Below are positions 42,132 to 51,613 of a stretch of 64,000 nt of DNA, piece by piece. The stretch lies in contig DASRWT010000044.1 in assembly GCA_035654455.1 (NCBI GenBank), positions 10,926-74,925 on the forward strand, read 5' to 3'. The stretch comes from Candidatus Nitrosocosmicus sp. (GTDB lineage Bacteria > Methylomirabilota > Methylomirabilia > Rokubacteriales > CSP1-6). A program made the position numbers and the translations under genes. Below the pieces are notes generated by a model, which did not search any database, had not been told where the DNA came from, and was given only the letters and a program-made list of their open reading frames with translations. Position 1 is the stretch's first letter. Every line of letters begins with the position of its first letter.

Positions 42132-43391
42132 ATGGCTCGCGGCCTCGTGTTCAGCACCTCGATCGCCGGCATCCTGCTCGTGACGCTTCCAGCGGCGCCC
42201 GCGCCCTCCACCACCGTCCGCGCGGTGGCCGCGATCGGTGAATCGGCCCCCGGCGGCGGGCGCTTCGGCGGGTTCACCGTGGAGTCGCTGCCCGTTCTGG
42301 CTCCCACCAATAGCCGGGGACAGGTCGCCTTCTTCGCCACCATTCATCGCGGCTCCGCCGGCGAGGGGTTCTTTCTCCGCTCGCGCGATCGGATAACGAA
42401 GATCGCGCGCGAAGGCGACGTGGTGCCGGGCGTGGGCGCGCTCTCGGGCTTCGGCCGTCATCCCATTCCCGCCTTGAACGAATCGGGAGCGGTGGCGTTT
42501 GCGGCGGCGGTCGCCGGCGGCAAGACGGTGGAGGGCATCTTCCTTTTCGCCCGGGGCCGACTCCAGCCGGTGGCGCTCAGCGGCGGGCCGGCGCCCGGCG
42601 TCTCGTCGGGAACGCTCGCGGGCGTCGAATCCCCCGCCCTCAACGACCGGGGCGACGTGGTCTTCCTCGCCACGGTGAGACGGGGACGCGAGAGCCTGGA
42701 GGCCGTCTACATTCGGGAGGCGAGCGGCAAGCTCCGCAAGGTTGTCGCCCAGGGCGATCCCGCGCCCGCGGGCGGGAGCTTCGCGGGCTTCGGCGCCCCC
42801 GTGCTGAACAACAAGGGCGTGGTCGGCTTCGCCGCCGCCGTGGAGGGCAAGTCGGTGCCGGGCGGCATCTTCCTCGCCACGAGTGATCAGGTGCGGATGC
42901 TGGTGGGTGCGGGTGACGACAGTCCCGTGGGTGGCATCTTCTTCAAGTTCTCGGAGCGGCTCAGCCTCAATGACGCGGGCGCGGTGGCCTTCAATGCCGT
43001 GCTCAAGGACGCGCCTTCCGCGGGCGGGCAATTCGTGGTGCAGGCGGGCCGGGTCCTCAAGGTGGCGGTGGTCGGCGACGCAGCGCCCGGCGGCGGCGCC
43101 TTTTCGCATTTCGGGCTCTGGCCCGGTCTCAATGCGCGCGGCAGCCTCGCGTTCGTCGCCTCGGTGGACGGCGGGCCGAGCCCGATGGCGGTGTTCGTGG
43201 GGGGGCCGGGGCTGGTGGAGCGGATCGCCGCGGTCGGGGATGACTTGCCCGGGGGCCGGCTCCAGTCCTTCGGTCTCTATCCTCTGGTCGCCATCAACAA
43301 TGCGGGCGGCGTGACCTTCGCCACCGCCCCCACCGCCACCGGCGAAGGGGTCGAGGGGATCTTTCTGGCCGGATCCGACGCGCGGCCCTGA
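42132..43391 (+). CDS. secreted protein with seven NxxGxxAF-type repeats (beta-propeller-like)
   Basis: Repeats NSRGQVAFFA, NESGAVAFAA, NDRGDVVFLA, NNKGVVGFAA, NDAGAVAFNA, NARGSLAFVA and NNAGGVTFAT, about 50 aa apart. Confidence 0.7.
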   Translation: MARGLVFSTSIAGILLVTLPAAPAPSTTVRAVAAIGESAPGGGRFGGFTVESLPVLAPTNSRGQVAFFATIHRGSAGEGFFLRSRDRITKIAREGDVVPGVGALSGFGRHPIPALNESGAVAFAAAVAGGKTVEGIFLFARGRLQPVALSGGPAPGVSSGTLAGVESPALNDRGDVVFLATVRRGRESLEAVYIREASGKLRKVVAQGDPAPAGGSFAGFGAPVLNNKGVVGFAAAVEGKSVPGGIFLATSDQVRMLVGAGDDSPVGGIFFKFSERLSLNDAGAVAFNAVLKDAPSAGGQFVVQAGRVLKVAVVGDAAPGGGAFSHFGLWPGLNARGSLAFVASVDGGPSPMAVFVGGPGLVERIAAVGDDLPGGRLQSFGLYPLVAINNAGGVTFATAPTATGEGVEGIFLAGSDARP

Positions 43392-43403
43392 GCGGGGCGC
43401 GCG

Positions 43404-44450
43404 TCAGTTCATGTCGTAGGGCGGATACTCGACGAAGACGTTGGCGGCGGTGATGAAGAGATGCCGCGTGGCGGTGCGCGGCGGCACCGGCTCGCCCCGC
43501 AGCATCCGGAGGGCGAGCGGCAGCACGTCGTAGCCATAGCGGTCCATATAGAACGCCACCGACCCGATCACGATGCTGCCGCGGTTGTTCGGGTCGATCT
43601 CCTTCTTGTCGTTGATCCCGCCGTGGATGGTCCGGTCCACGCCGTGGCTCGCAATGGCGGCGTCCGAGGCGCGTCCGGCCTGCTCGAGCGCGCTCTTGGC
43701 GGCGAGCGCGGTGGTATCGTCCGTGGCCGCCACCAGCACCTTGGCTCCGGGATGCGCGGCGAGATACTTGCCCAGGAGCGCCCCCACCCGTGCGGGATTG
43801 CCCTGGGTGTCCAGCGTGACCGGCTTCACGCCGGGGAGCTTCGCGCGAAGCCCCTCCACCACGCCCTGCACCCGCTCAGGCACGCGATCGACCCTCGCCT
43901 CGACCGGTCCCACGATGACGGCGACCGTCGGCTGGCCGCGCCAGGAGCGCGCGGCGAACTGGCCCAGCGCCTCCCCCGCGATGCGTCCGGCGGCGAGGTT
44001 GTCCACGGTGTACAGCGGCGCACCCGGCACGGGATGATTCACCGCCAGGATGGGAATGCCCGCGGCCTTGAGACGCGCGGCGATGGCGGCATTGGCGTCC
44101 GGATCCTGGCAATACAGGACGTAGAGGTCCACCTTCCGCGCGATGGCGTCCTCGGCATTGGCCTGCGCCTTCTTCCCGTCGCGCTGGTTGTCGTAGAAAA
44201 GAACCTCCACCGGCAGCTTCCGGGCCGCGAGGGCGAAACCCGACCGGATCTCTCCGCCCGTGAAGCCCGTGCCCTCCAGCGTGACCCCGGGCTCTTCGGT
44301 GAGGTTGGCGAACGCGATCGTGTAGCGTCGCTCTTGACCGTGGGCGGGGAGGGCGGCGAGAAGCGAGGCGCCCGCGAGCGGCGCCGCCAGGAGGGTCAGA
44401 CAGAACCGCCGGCGCCCCTCTCGGAGCGCCGGCGCCGTGTTCTGCGTCAC
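43404..44450 (-). CDS. periplasmic sugar-type ABC substrate-binding protein (Peripla_BP family), orphan
   Basis: RRRF-containing signal peptide and a type-I PBP fold sequence. Confidence 0.8.
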   Translation of the reverse strand: MTQNTAPALREGRRRFCLTLLAAPLAGASLLAALPAHGQERRYTIAFANLTEEPGVTLEGTGFTGGEIRSGFALAARKLPVEVLFYDNQRDGKKAQANAEDAIARKVDLYVLYCQDPDANAAIAARLKAAGIPILAVNHPVPGAPLYTVDNLAAGRIAGEALGQFAARSWRGQPTVAVIVGPVEARVDRVPERVQGVVEGLRAKLPGVKPVTLDTQGNPARVGALLGKYLAAHPGAKVLVAATDDTTALAAKSALEQAGRASDAAIASHGVDRTIHGGINDKKEIDPNNRGSIVIGSVAFYMDRYGYDVLPLALRMLRGEPVPPRTATRHLFITAANVFVEYPPYDMN

Positions 44451-44465
44451 GAGGGCTCCCCGCGC

Positions 44466-45479
44466 TTAGCGGATGCCCTCGATGGCGACGAAGTTGCCGG
44501 TCAGCCCGACGGCCTTGGGCACCGTCATGCTGAAGAAGAACGTGGCACGGTTGGTCGCCGCCGCCTCGGCGGCGATGAGGTCGGTGCGCACGTTCTCGAT
44601 GATGTGGATGCCGTTGTCCGTGAGCAGGATATTGTGGACGGGGAACGCTTCCTTCGGGTCCTCGCTGGGGATCACCTCGACCACCCAGGTGTCGGTGCCC
44701 ACCGCCACCACCTTCTGGGACACGAGCCACTTGGCGGCGTCCTTGCCGATGCCGGGGGCGGCGCTGTTGTAGACCGCGTTCTGCTTGGGGAACTGCTCGA
44801 AGAGGTCGCCCCACCCGGTGTGGATGACGACGATGTCGCCTTCGCGCAGGGTCACGTTGTACATCCGGAGCCCCGCCTGGAGATCGGCGGTGGTGATGAG
44901 GGTGCCCCCGTCGAGACAGGGCTTGCGGCAGGCCGCGTTGGTCTTGAGCTTGCCGGCGGCCTGGAAGACCTTCACCATGTCGATCACCACGCCGCGCGTC
45001 GCGAAGGACTTGAGATGCTCCAGACCCAGCTTGGTCATGTTGTTCTGGTTGATGAACTTACCCATCGCGATCTGGTTGAAGTAGCAATCCTTCCGCCCGA
45101 TGTGGCCCATGCCGTCCAGATGGGTCCCCACATGGCTCTGGCTGAGCCAGGTATCTTCCATGTAGGTGAGCTGGTTCTCGCCGTACGCTCCGCCGGGCGC
45201 CAGGCTGGTGGCGGTGAGTATGGTCTTGGTGAAGCGGCTCCCGAAGAGCGGGACTCCGTCCACCAATGGGTACGACATCACGACTACCTTGCCTTCCTGG
45301 ATCTCGGCGGCGGCCGCCTTGGTGACGGCAGGGGTGATGCGGTTGGTCGCGCCGGTCTGGTCATTCGGGCCCCAGGGTGACGGGGGCACCAGGGTCTTGC
45401 AATCGGTCTGGGCGAACGCCAGTGATGCCGAGGTGAGAAGCAGGACGGCGGACGCGCCGAGGACGGATCGAATCCTCAT
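44466..45479 (-). CDS. secreted cyclase-family protein (kynurenine-formamidase-like fold)
   Basis: Signal peptide and HVGTHLDGMGH motif. Confidence 0.8.
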   Translation of the reverse strand: MRIRSVLGASAVLLLTSASLAFAQTDCKTLVPPSPWGPNDQTGATNRITPAVTKAAAAEIQEGKVVVMSYPLVDGVPLFGSRFTKTILTATSLAPGGAYGENQLTYMEDTWLSQSHVGTHLDGMGHIGRKDCYFNQIAMGKFINQNNMTKLGLEHLKSFATRGVVIDMVKVFQAAGKLKTNAACRKPCLDGGTLITTADLQAGLRMYNVTLREGDIVVIHTGWGDLFEQFPKQNAVYNSAAPGIGKDAAKWLVSQKVVAVGTDTWVVEVIPSEDPKEAFPVHNILLTDNGIHIIENVRTDLIAAEAAATNRATFFFSMTVPKAVGLTGNFVAIEGIR

Positions 45480-45585
45480 GCCACATACCCCTTTCCGCAA
45501 TGAAAGGAACCGCACGGCACGCGTGTGGGCGGTGCCCGACGCCGGGGATTCTGAGCCGACGCCCCGGTGAAGTCAATACCCGCGA

Positions 45586-45954
45586 TCAGCCCCGTCGGAG
45601 GTAGGAATCCCCCCCGGTGAACATGTCCTCGCGGGGCGGCGCGAAGACGTCGATGACCTCGGTGTCCTCGGGGAAGAAGGCCTCATGGGGGGTATTGCCG
45701 GGAATGACTCCGCAGTCGCCGGCGCGGCACACGCGCTTCTCGCCGTCGAGGTCGAAGTCCATGCGGCCGGAGATCATCCAGAAGATCTGCTCGTGCGGGT
45801 GCTGGTGGCGGGCGGCATGCGCCCCCGCCTTCATGCGCCAGAAGACGATCATGCCCTTGTCGCCCACCACGATGCGGCGGGTGATCTTGTCGCCGATCTT
45901 CTCCTCGGGGACCTCGTCGAGATTGACGTAGCCGTGCATCACGGGAATCGCCAT
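45586..45954 (-). CDS. cupin-domain protein
   Basis: HQHPHEQIFWMISG and GDCGVIPGNTPHE cupin motifs. Confidence 0.8.
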   Translation of the reverse strand: MAIPVMHGYVNLDEVPEEKIGDKITRRIVVGDKGMIVFWRMKAGAHAARHQHPHEQIFWMISGRMDFDLDGEKRVCRAGDCGVIPGNTPHEAFFPEDTEVIDVFAPPREDMFTGGDSYLRRG

Positions 45955-46089
45955 GCGGGAGGCCTCCTGGGCGTCGGATGGATCGTGCCCCGACCCTAGC
46001 CAGCCGCCCCCGGCAAGTCAAGCGGCGTTGACCCGCTCCCGGGGCGCGTGGGATACTTTCGCCGTTCCTACCAACCCCGGGGAGGCACC

Positions 46090-46275
46090 ATGCCGAACAT
46101 CACCGTCCAGTGGTACGCCGGCCGCACCGATCAGCAGAAGCGCGAGATCACCCAGGCCATCACGGAGGCCATGGTGACGATCGCCAAGACCACCGCCGAC
46201 CAGGTCCATATCGTCTTCCAGGACGTGGAGAAGTCCAACTGGGGCTATAACGGCAAGCTCGCGAGCGACAAGTAG
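46090..46275 (+). CDS. 4-oxalocrotonate tautomerase family protein
   Basis: MPNITVQW provides Pro1 after Met removal. 61 aa. GGGAGG SD. Confidence 0.85.
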   Translation: MPNITVQWYAGRTDQQKREITQAITEAMVTIAKTTADQVHIVFQDVEKSNWGYNGKLASDK

Positions 46276-46283
46276 GAGCCGCC

Positions 46284-47201
46284 ATGCTCGACCTCAAGGG
46301 GATCACGCCCGCCACCGTCCTTCCGCTGACGCCCGACGCCCAGATCGACGAGCCCGAGCTGCGCAAGTACATCCGCTGGATTGCCGGTCAGGGCATCAAG
46401 GCGGTGGCGGTCAACGTGGATACCGGGGAGGGCCCGCATCTCTGGCATGACGAGAAGCTGCGCGTCCTCCGCATCTACAGAGAAGAGCTGGCGGGCCGGG
46501 GCATCCCCATCGTCGCCGGGCTCGGCGCCTCCTTCACCGCGCAGGCGGTGAAGTACGCCAAGGAGTATCGCGAGGCGGGGGCCGAGGCCTTCCTGGTCTT
46601 CCCCATCACCGCCTATCTGGGCCAGCCCCTCGACCCCGAGGTGCCCTACCGCTACCACCGGGCCATCGCCGACGAGGTCGGGCTCCCCCTGGTCATCTTC
46701 ACGCTGCAGCCGGCGCTGGGCGGGGTGGCCTTCGACGACGAGACCTTGCTGCGGCTCATCGAGATCCCCCAGGTGGTGGCCATCAAGGAGGCGCTCTTCG
46801 ACGCCAAGCGCTTCCGCGAGATCGTGGACGTGGTGCGGCGCGCCCCGCGGCGAATCACAGTGCTCACCGGCAACGACAACTTCATCTGGGAGTCCTATCT
46901 CCTCGGCGCCGAGGGCGCGCTGCTGGGCGCCTGCGCGGTCACCACCCGCACTCACGTGGAGGTGCACGCGGCGGCCATGCGCGGCGACTGGGCGACGGCG
47001 CGCGAGAAGGGCGACCGCATCCAGAAGCTGGTGGACGTGGTGTTCGCGGCGCCGGTGCGCGACTATCGCGCGCGCTCCAAGGAAGTGCTGGTCATGCAGG
47101 GCGTGATCCAGCACGCCCACATGCGCCCCCCGCTCCTGCCCATCAGCGCCGACGATCGCGCGCGGCTCAAGCGCGCCCTCGAGGAGGCCGGGGAGCTTTA
47201 G
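46284..47201 (+). CDS. dihydrodipicolinate synthase / N-acetylneuraminate lyase family aldolase
   Basis: DapA-family length and motifs (GEGPHL, VVAIKEA Schiff-base Lys region). Confidence 0.85.
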   Translation: MLDLKGITPATVLPLTPDAQIDEPELRKYIRWIAGQGIKAVAVNVDTGEGPHLWHDEKLRVLRIYREELAGRGIPIVAGLGASFTAQAVKYAKEYREAGAEAFLVFPITAYLGQPLDPEVPYRYHRAIADEVGLPLVIFTLQPALGGVAFDDETLLRLIEIPQVVAIKEALFDAKRFREIVDVVRRAPRRITVLTGNDNFIWESYLLGAEGALLGACAVTTRTHVEVHAAAMRGDWATAREKGDRIQKLVDVVFAAPVRDYRARSKEVLVMQGVIQHAHMRPPLLPISADDRARLKRALEEAGEL

Positions 47202-47306
47202 CCGAGCCGCCCCACCCTTTGCGATCGAGAGCAACGCCCCGCACTACCGCCTGGGCACGAGCTGCGAGATGTGCCAGCGCCACGTGACGGAGCTGCCCAC
47301 GTACTG

Positions 47307-48110
47307 ATGCTGAACGGGCCCAAGTTCGTGGAGGTCTCGGACCTGGTGCGGGTCTTCCCCACCCCCGAGGGGCCGGTGCGGGCGCTGGACGGATTGTCCT
47401 TCGACGTCCGCCGGGGCGAGTTCCTCTCCGTGGTGGGCCCGTCCGGCTGCGGCAAGAGCACGCTGGCCATGCTCATCGCCGGCCTGCTGCGCCCGACGTC
47501 GGGCGTGATCACGGTGGACGGCCGCGCGGTTGACCGGCCCCAGACCGATCTCGGCATCGTGTTCCAGAACGCGGTGCTGCTGGCCTGGCGCACCGCGCTC
47601 GACAATGTGCTCCTCCAGCTCGAGATGCGCGGGCTCGATCCCCGGAGCTACCGCGATCGGGCGTGGGAGCTCCTCCGCAGCGTGGGACTGGAGGGCTTCG
47701 AGCGCCGGCTTCCCCACGAGCTGTCGGGCGGCATGCGCCAGCGCGTGGCCATCTGCCGGGCCCTCATCCACGACCCGCCGCTCCTGCTCATGGACGAGCC
47801 CTTCGGGGCCCTGGACGCGCTCACCCGCGATCAGATGACGCTCGACATCCAGGGCATCTGCGCGCGGGGCGGCAAGACGGTGCTCTTCATCACCCACTCC
47901 ATCACCGAGGCGGTGTTCCTGTCCGATCGGGTGATCGTGATGACCCCGCGACCGGGCCGCATCGACAGCGTGGTGGAGGTGGAGCTGCCCCGTCCGCGGC
48001 GGCTGGCGGTGCGGGAGCTTCCCGCCTTCGCGGGCTATGTGCGCGGGATCCGCGACCGGTTCATGGCCCAGGGTGTCCTGCGCGACATCGAGGAGGCGCC
48101 CGCGCCATGA
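47307..48110 (+). CDS. ABC transporter ATP-binding protein (NitT/TauT family)
   Basis: Walker A GPSGCGKST, signature LSGGMRQR and Walker B LLLMDEP. Confidence 0.85.
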   Translation: MLNGPKFVEVSDLVRVFPTPEGPVRALDGLSFDVRRGEFLSVVGPSGCGKSTLAMLIAGLLRPTSGVITVDGRAVDRPQTDLGIVFQNAVLLAWRTALDNVLLQLEMRGLDPRSYRDRAWELLRSVGLEGFERRLPHELSGGMRQRVAICRALIHDPPLLLMDEPFGALDALTRDQMTLDIQGICARGGKTVLFITHSITEAVFLSDRVIVMTPRPGRIDSVVEVELPRPRRLAVRELPAFAGYVRGIRDRFMAQGVLRDIEEAPAP

Positions 48111-48883
48111 CCTGGCGCGACTGGAGCCCGCCGCTGCTCACCCTGGTGGCGATGGTGGTGGTGTGGGAGCTCGCGGTCGCTCTCCTCCGGGTGCCGGAGT
48201 ACATCCTGCCCGCGCCGCGGGGCATCGCCGCCGCCATGGTGAAGGAGTGGCGCTATCTCGCGCAGCACACCTGGATCACCGTCCAGGAGGTGCTGCTGGG
48301 CTTCGCGATGGCGGTGGCGGTCGGCATCCCCATCGCCATGGCCATCGTGTACTCTCCCCTGATCGAGCGGGCGATCTACCCCCTCCTGGTGGGCTCCCAG
48401 TCGGTGCCCAAGATCGCCATCGCACCGCTCCTGATCTTCTGGGCCGGGCTCGGGCTCTTCCCCAAGGTGCTGGTGGCCTTTCTCATCTCGTTCTTCCCCA
48501 TCATCATCGACACCGTGGTGGGGCTCCGATCGGTGGAGCCCGAGATGCTGCATCTCGCGCGCTCCATGGGCGCGGGAGCCGGGCGCACCTTCGTCAAGAT
48601 CCGCTTTCCCACCGCGCTGCCCAACATCTTCGCCGGGCTCAAGGTGGCGGTGACACTCTCGGTGGTGGGCGCCATCGTGGGCGAGTTCATCCAGGCCGAC
48701 CGGGGGCTCGGCTATGCGCTCCTCCAGGCCAATGCCGTCATGGACACGCGGCTGGGCTTTGCCGCCATCATCGTGCTCTCGGCGGTCGGCATCGCCATGT
48801 TCGTGGCCGTGGATCTCCTCGAGCGGCGGCTCATCCCCTGGCACGCGTCGCACCGCTCCGAGCTGGCCGCCGGCACTCTCTAA
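48107..48883 (+). CDS. ABC transporter permease (NitT/TauT family)
   Basis: ATGA overlap. Binding-protein-dependent permease EAA-like region ARSMGAGAGRTFVKIRFP. Confidence 0.9.
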   Translation: MTWRDWSPPLLTLVAMVVVWELAVALLRVPEYILPAPRGIAAAMVKEWRYLAQHTWITVQEVLLGFAMAVAVGIPIAMAIVYSPLIERAIYPLLVGSQSVPKIAIAPLLIFWAGLGLFPKVLVAFLISFFPIIIDTVVGLRSVEPEMLHLARSMGAGAGRTFVKIRFPTALPNIFAGLKVAVTLSVVGAIVGEFIQADRGLGYALLQANAVMDTRLGFAAIIVLSAVGIAMFVAVDLLERRLIPWHASHRSELAAGTL

Positions 48884-48910
48884 CGCAATTTCTCAAGGAG
48901 GACACCCCAC

Positions 48911-49915
48911 ATGTCCCGACGTCCCGCGCTGCTCGCCATCCTCGTCGCCCTCGCCGCGCTTGCCGCCGCCGCCCTGCCCGCGCCGGCCCAGGCCCCGCGC
49001 GACAAGGCCACGCTCAAGCTGAACTTCTACGCCTACGGCGAGCACGCCGCCTTCGCGTACGGGGTCGAGAAGGGAATCTACGCCGAGGACGGGATCGAGC
49101 TCACCATCGTGGAGGGGGGCGGCTCGGGCAAGGTGGTCCAGGAGATCGGCATCGGGAGCGAGCGCTTCGGCTACGCCGATGCCACCACCATGGCCAACCT
49201 CGTCTCCAAGGGGTTGCCGGTCAAGATGATCGCGAACTATGTCCAGACCAGCCCCATGTCCATCATCTTCTTCGCGGACGCCGGCATCAAGTCGCCCAAG
49301 GACCTCGAAGGCAAGAAGGTCTCCTTCACCGCGGGCGACTCGCTGCACCAGAATTTCCCCGCCCTCATCAAGCTCAACCGGGTGGACAAGTCGAAGGTCC
49401 AGGAGGTGCTGCTCGCCCCCGCCGCGAAGCAGACGGCGGTGATGACGGGCACGGTGGACGCCATGGGCGGCTACTACACCACCCAGGCCGGGCTCATCGA
49501 GTCCGAGACCAAGAAGAAGGTGGCGTATATCCGCTACACCGACTTCGGGGTGGGCGCGATGACTCAGGGGCTCTTCGTGCACACCAAGAATCTCGGCGAG
49601 AAGTCGCTGAATTGCCGCATGGTGCGGGCCACCGGGCGGGCCTGGCAGGCGGCCATGAAGGATCCCGACGGCGCGGTGGCGGCCCTGCACAAGCTCTTCC
49701 CCAAGACCAACAAGGGCCTCGTCGACCTGACCAAGAAGCAGTGGCAGGACTCGGCCGACCTCCTCTACACGAAATCCTCACAGGGCAAGACTCCCGGCCT
49801 CATGATGAAGGAGGACTGGGATACCCTGCTGAGCCTGGCCAAGGAATACGGGGGGCTCGAGCCGGTGAAGGCGCACGCGGACTACTACACGAACGAATTC
49901 TTCGACTGCAAGTAA
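48911..49915 (+). CDS. ABC substrate-binding protein (NMT1/THI5-like)
   Basis: Signal peptide plus NMT1-like fold sequence. Confidence 0.9.
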   Translation: MSRRPALLAILVALAALAAAALPAPAQAPRDKATLKLNFYAYGEHAAFAYGVEKGIYAEDGIELTIVEGGGSGKVVQEIGIGSERFGYADATTMANLVSKGLPVKMIANYVQTSPMSIIFFADAGIKSPKDLEGKKVSFTAGDSLHQNFPALIKLNRVDKSKVQEVLLAPAAKQTAVMTGTVDAMGGYYTTQAGLIESETKKKVAYIRYTDFGVGAMTQGLFVHTKNLGEKSLNCRMVRATGRAWQAAMKDPDGAVAALHKLFPKTNKGLVDLTKKQWQDSADLLYTKSSQGKTPGLMMKEDWDTLLSLAKEYGGLEPVKAHADYYTNEFFDCK

Positions 49916-49925
49916 AAGGGATCCC

Positions 49926-50915
49926 ATGGCCAAGCTCAAGGTCGGTTTCATCCCCATCGAGGGGGGGCGTTACTACAAGGAGGCCCTCGAGGAGGTCGTC
50001 CGCGCCGAGGACCTTGGATTCCACTCGGTGTGGATGGAGGAGCACCACTCCGTGGTGAATCACTACTGGCCGTCGCCCTTGCCGGTGCTGGCGGGCTTCG
50101 CCACCCGCACCAGCAAGATGGTGCTGGGCACCGATATCCTGGTGGCGCCCTTCTACCACCCCACCCGGCTGGCGGAGGATTGCGCGCTGCTCGACATCAT
50201 GTCGAACGGGCGCTTCATCCTCGGCATCGCCATCGGCTACAAGCCGGACGAGTTCGCGCTCTACGGCGCCGAGCTGGAAAAACGTGGGGCCCGCTTCGAG
50301 GAGCAGATGGCGATCGTGAAGGGCCTGTGGACCAAGGACCGGATCACGCACAAGGGCGCCTACTATCAGCTCGAGGGCAGCCTCGAGCCCAAGCCTTTGA
50401 CCCCGGGTGGGCCGCCGGTGTGGATCGGCGGCTGGGGCGACATCACGCTCCGCCGCGCCGCCACAATGGCCGACAACTGGATTCCCGGCCCCACCGGCGA
50501 GCTGCCACGCCTCCTCAAGGGCAAGGCGCAATTCCTGGCCAATCGCAAGGCGGCGGGCATCACCGCCCCCGTCGCGGAGTGGCCGCTCACGCGCGACGTC
50601 ATCATCGCCGATACCGAGAAGCAGGCGCGGGAGCTGGCCGAGCAGCACATCATGGTGTCGTACCGGAAGGAATACGCGGGCGGCTGGCGCCACCCGTTCA
50701 TCGACGCCTCCATCGCGGTGGACCTCGACAAGGTCAAGAAGGATCGCTTCCTGATCGGCAGTCCCGACCAGGTCATCCGCGATCTCAAGCCGTTCGTGGA
50801 GCAGTACGGCATGGACCACCTGATCTGTCGGCTCTTCTTCCCCGGGATGCCCCACACGCACATCATGCGCGAGCTGGAGCTCCTGGCGAAGGAGGTCATG
50901 CCGGCTTTCAAGTGA
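49926..50915 (+). CDS. LLM-class (luciferase-like) flavin/F420-dependent oxidoreductase
   Basis: LGFHSVWMEEHH and GRFILGIAIGY motifs. Confidence 0.9.
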   Translation: MAKLKVGFIPIEGGRYYKEALEEVVRAEDLGFHSVWMEEHHSVVNHYWPSPLPVLAGFATRTSKMVLGTDILVAPFYHPTRLAEDCALLDIMSNGRFILGIAIGYKPDEFALYGAELEKRGARFEEQMAIVKGLWTKDRITHKGAYYQLEGSLEPKPLTPGGPPVWIGGWGDITLRRAATMADNWIPGPTGELPRLLKGKAQFLANRKAAGITAPVAEWPLTRDVIIADTEKQARELAEQHIMVSYRKEYAGGWRHPFIDASIAVDLDKVKKDRFLIGSPDQVIRDLKPFVEQYGMDHLICRLFFPGMPHTHIMRELELLAKEVMPAFK

Positions 50916-51613
50916 GCGAGCGCTCCCCCGAACGCGCCCTGGTCACCCCGACCGTCGCGCTCGAGCCGCGCGACGGCGGCTTCTCTCCGCGCCGCGCGCT
51001 GGTGGAGGCGCTGACCCGCGCCGGGCTCTGGGGGGCAGCGCTGGCCCTGGCGTGCTGGATGCTCCAGGAGGCCGGCTTCGCGCTCGCCACCGGCTACGGG
51101 CTGCCCGACATCGCCGCGCGCTTCCTCATGCTGGCGGCGTACTTCTTCCTCGGCGCCGCGTGCGGGCTCGTCCATGCCCTGGCGGGCAGCGCGCGGGGCG
51201 TGGTCGAGCGCGTCGAGCGCGTGCTCCAGACACGCCTCGAGCCACAGATGACGGGGCTGCTCGGCCGCATGTTCCCCAATACGCGATCGATCACCATTGT
51301 CCAGATCGAGGCGGCGGTGGATCGGCTCATCGCGCTGGCGGCGGATCCGTCGCGCCAGGGCCTGCCGCGGATGCTGCTCGGCTGGGCGCTCCGGCGAGGC
51401 GCGGCGGCGCTGCTGCGCGAGGCGCGGGCGCGCGCGGGCGCCGACGGCCGGCTGACCCTCGCCGAGGCGTCCACGCTCATCCGCGAGCACCTCGTGGGCC
51501 TGGTGATGGGCCAGCTCCGCTCGCGGCTGGCCATCGCGCGCCAGCTCGCCCTCTGGATCCCGGGCCTCGCCGTGCTGGGCCCGGCGGCCTGGCTCGCCCT
51601 CCGGAGCGCATGA
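50912..51613 (+). CDS. hypothetical membrane protein
   Basis: GTGA overlap upstream and ATGA overlap downstream. Hydrophobic segments. No family recognised. Confidence 0.55.
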   Translation: MSERSPERALVTPTVALEPRDGGFSPRRALVEALTRAGLWGAALALACWMLQEAGFALATGYGLPDIAARFLMLAAYFFLGAACGLVHALAGSARGVVERVERVLQTRLEPQMTGLLGRMFPNTRSITIVQIEAAVDRLIALAADPSRQGLPRMLLGWALRRGAAALLREARARAGADGRLTLAEASTLIREHLVGLVMGQLRSRLAIARQLALWIPGLAVLGPAAWLALRSA

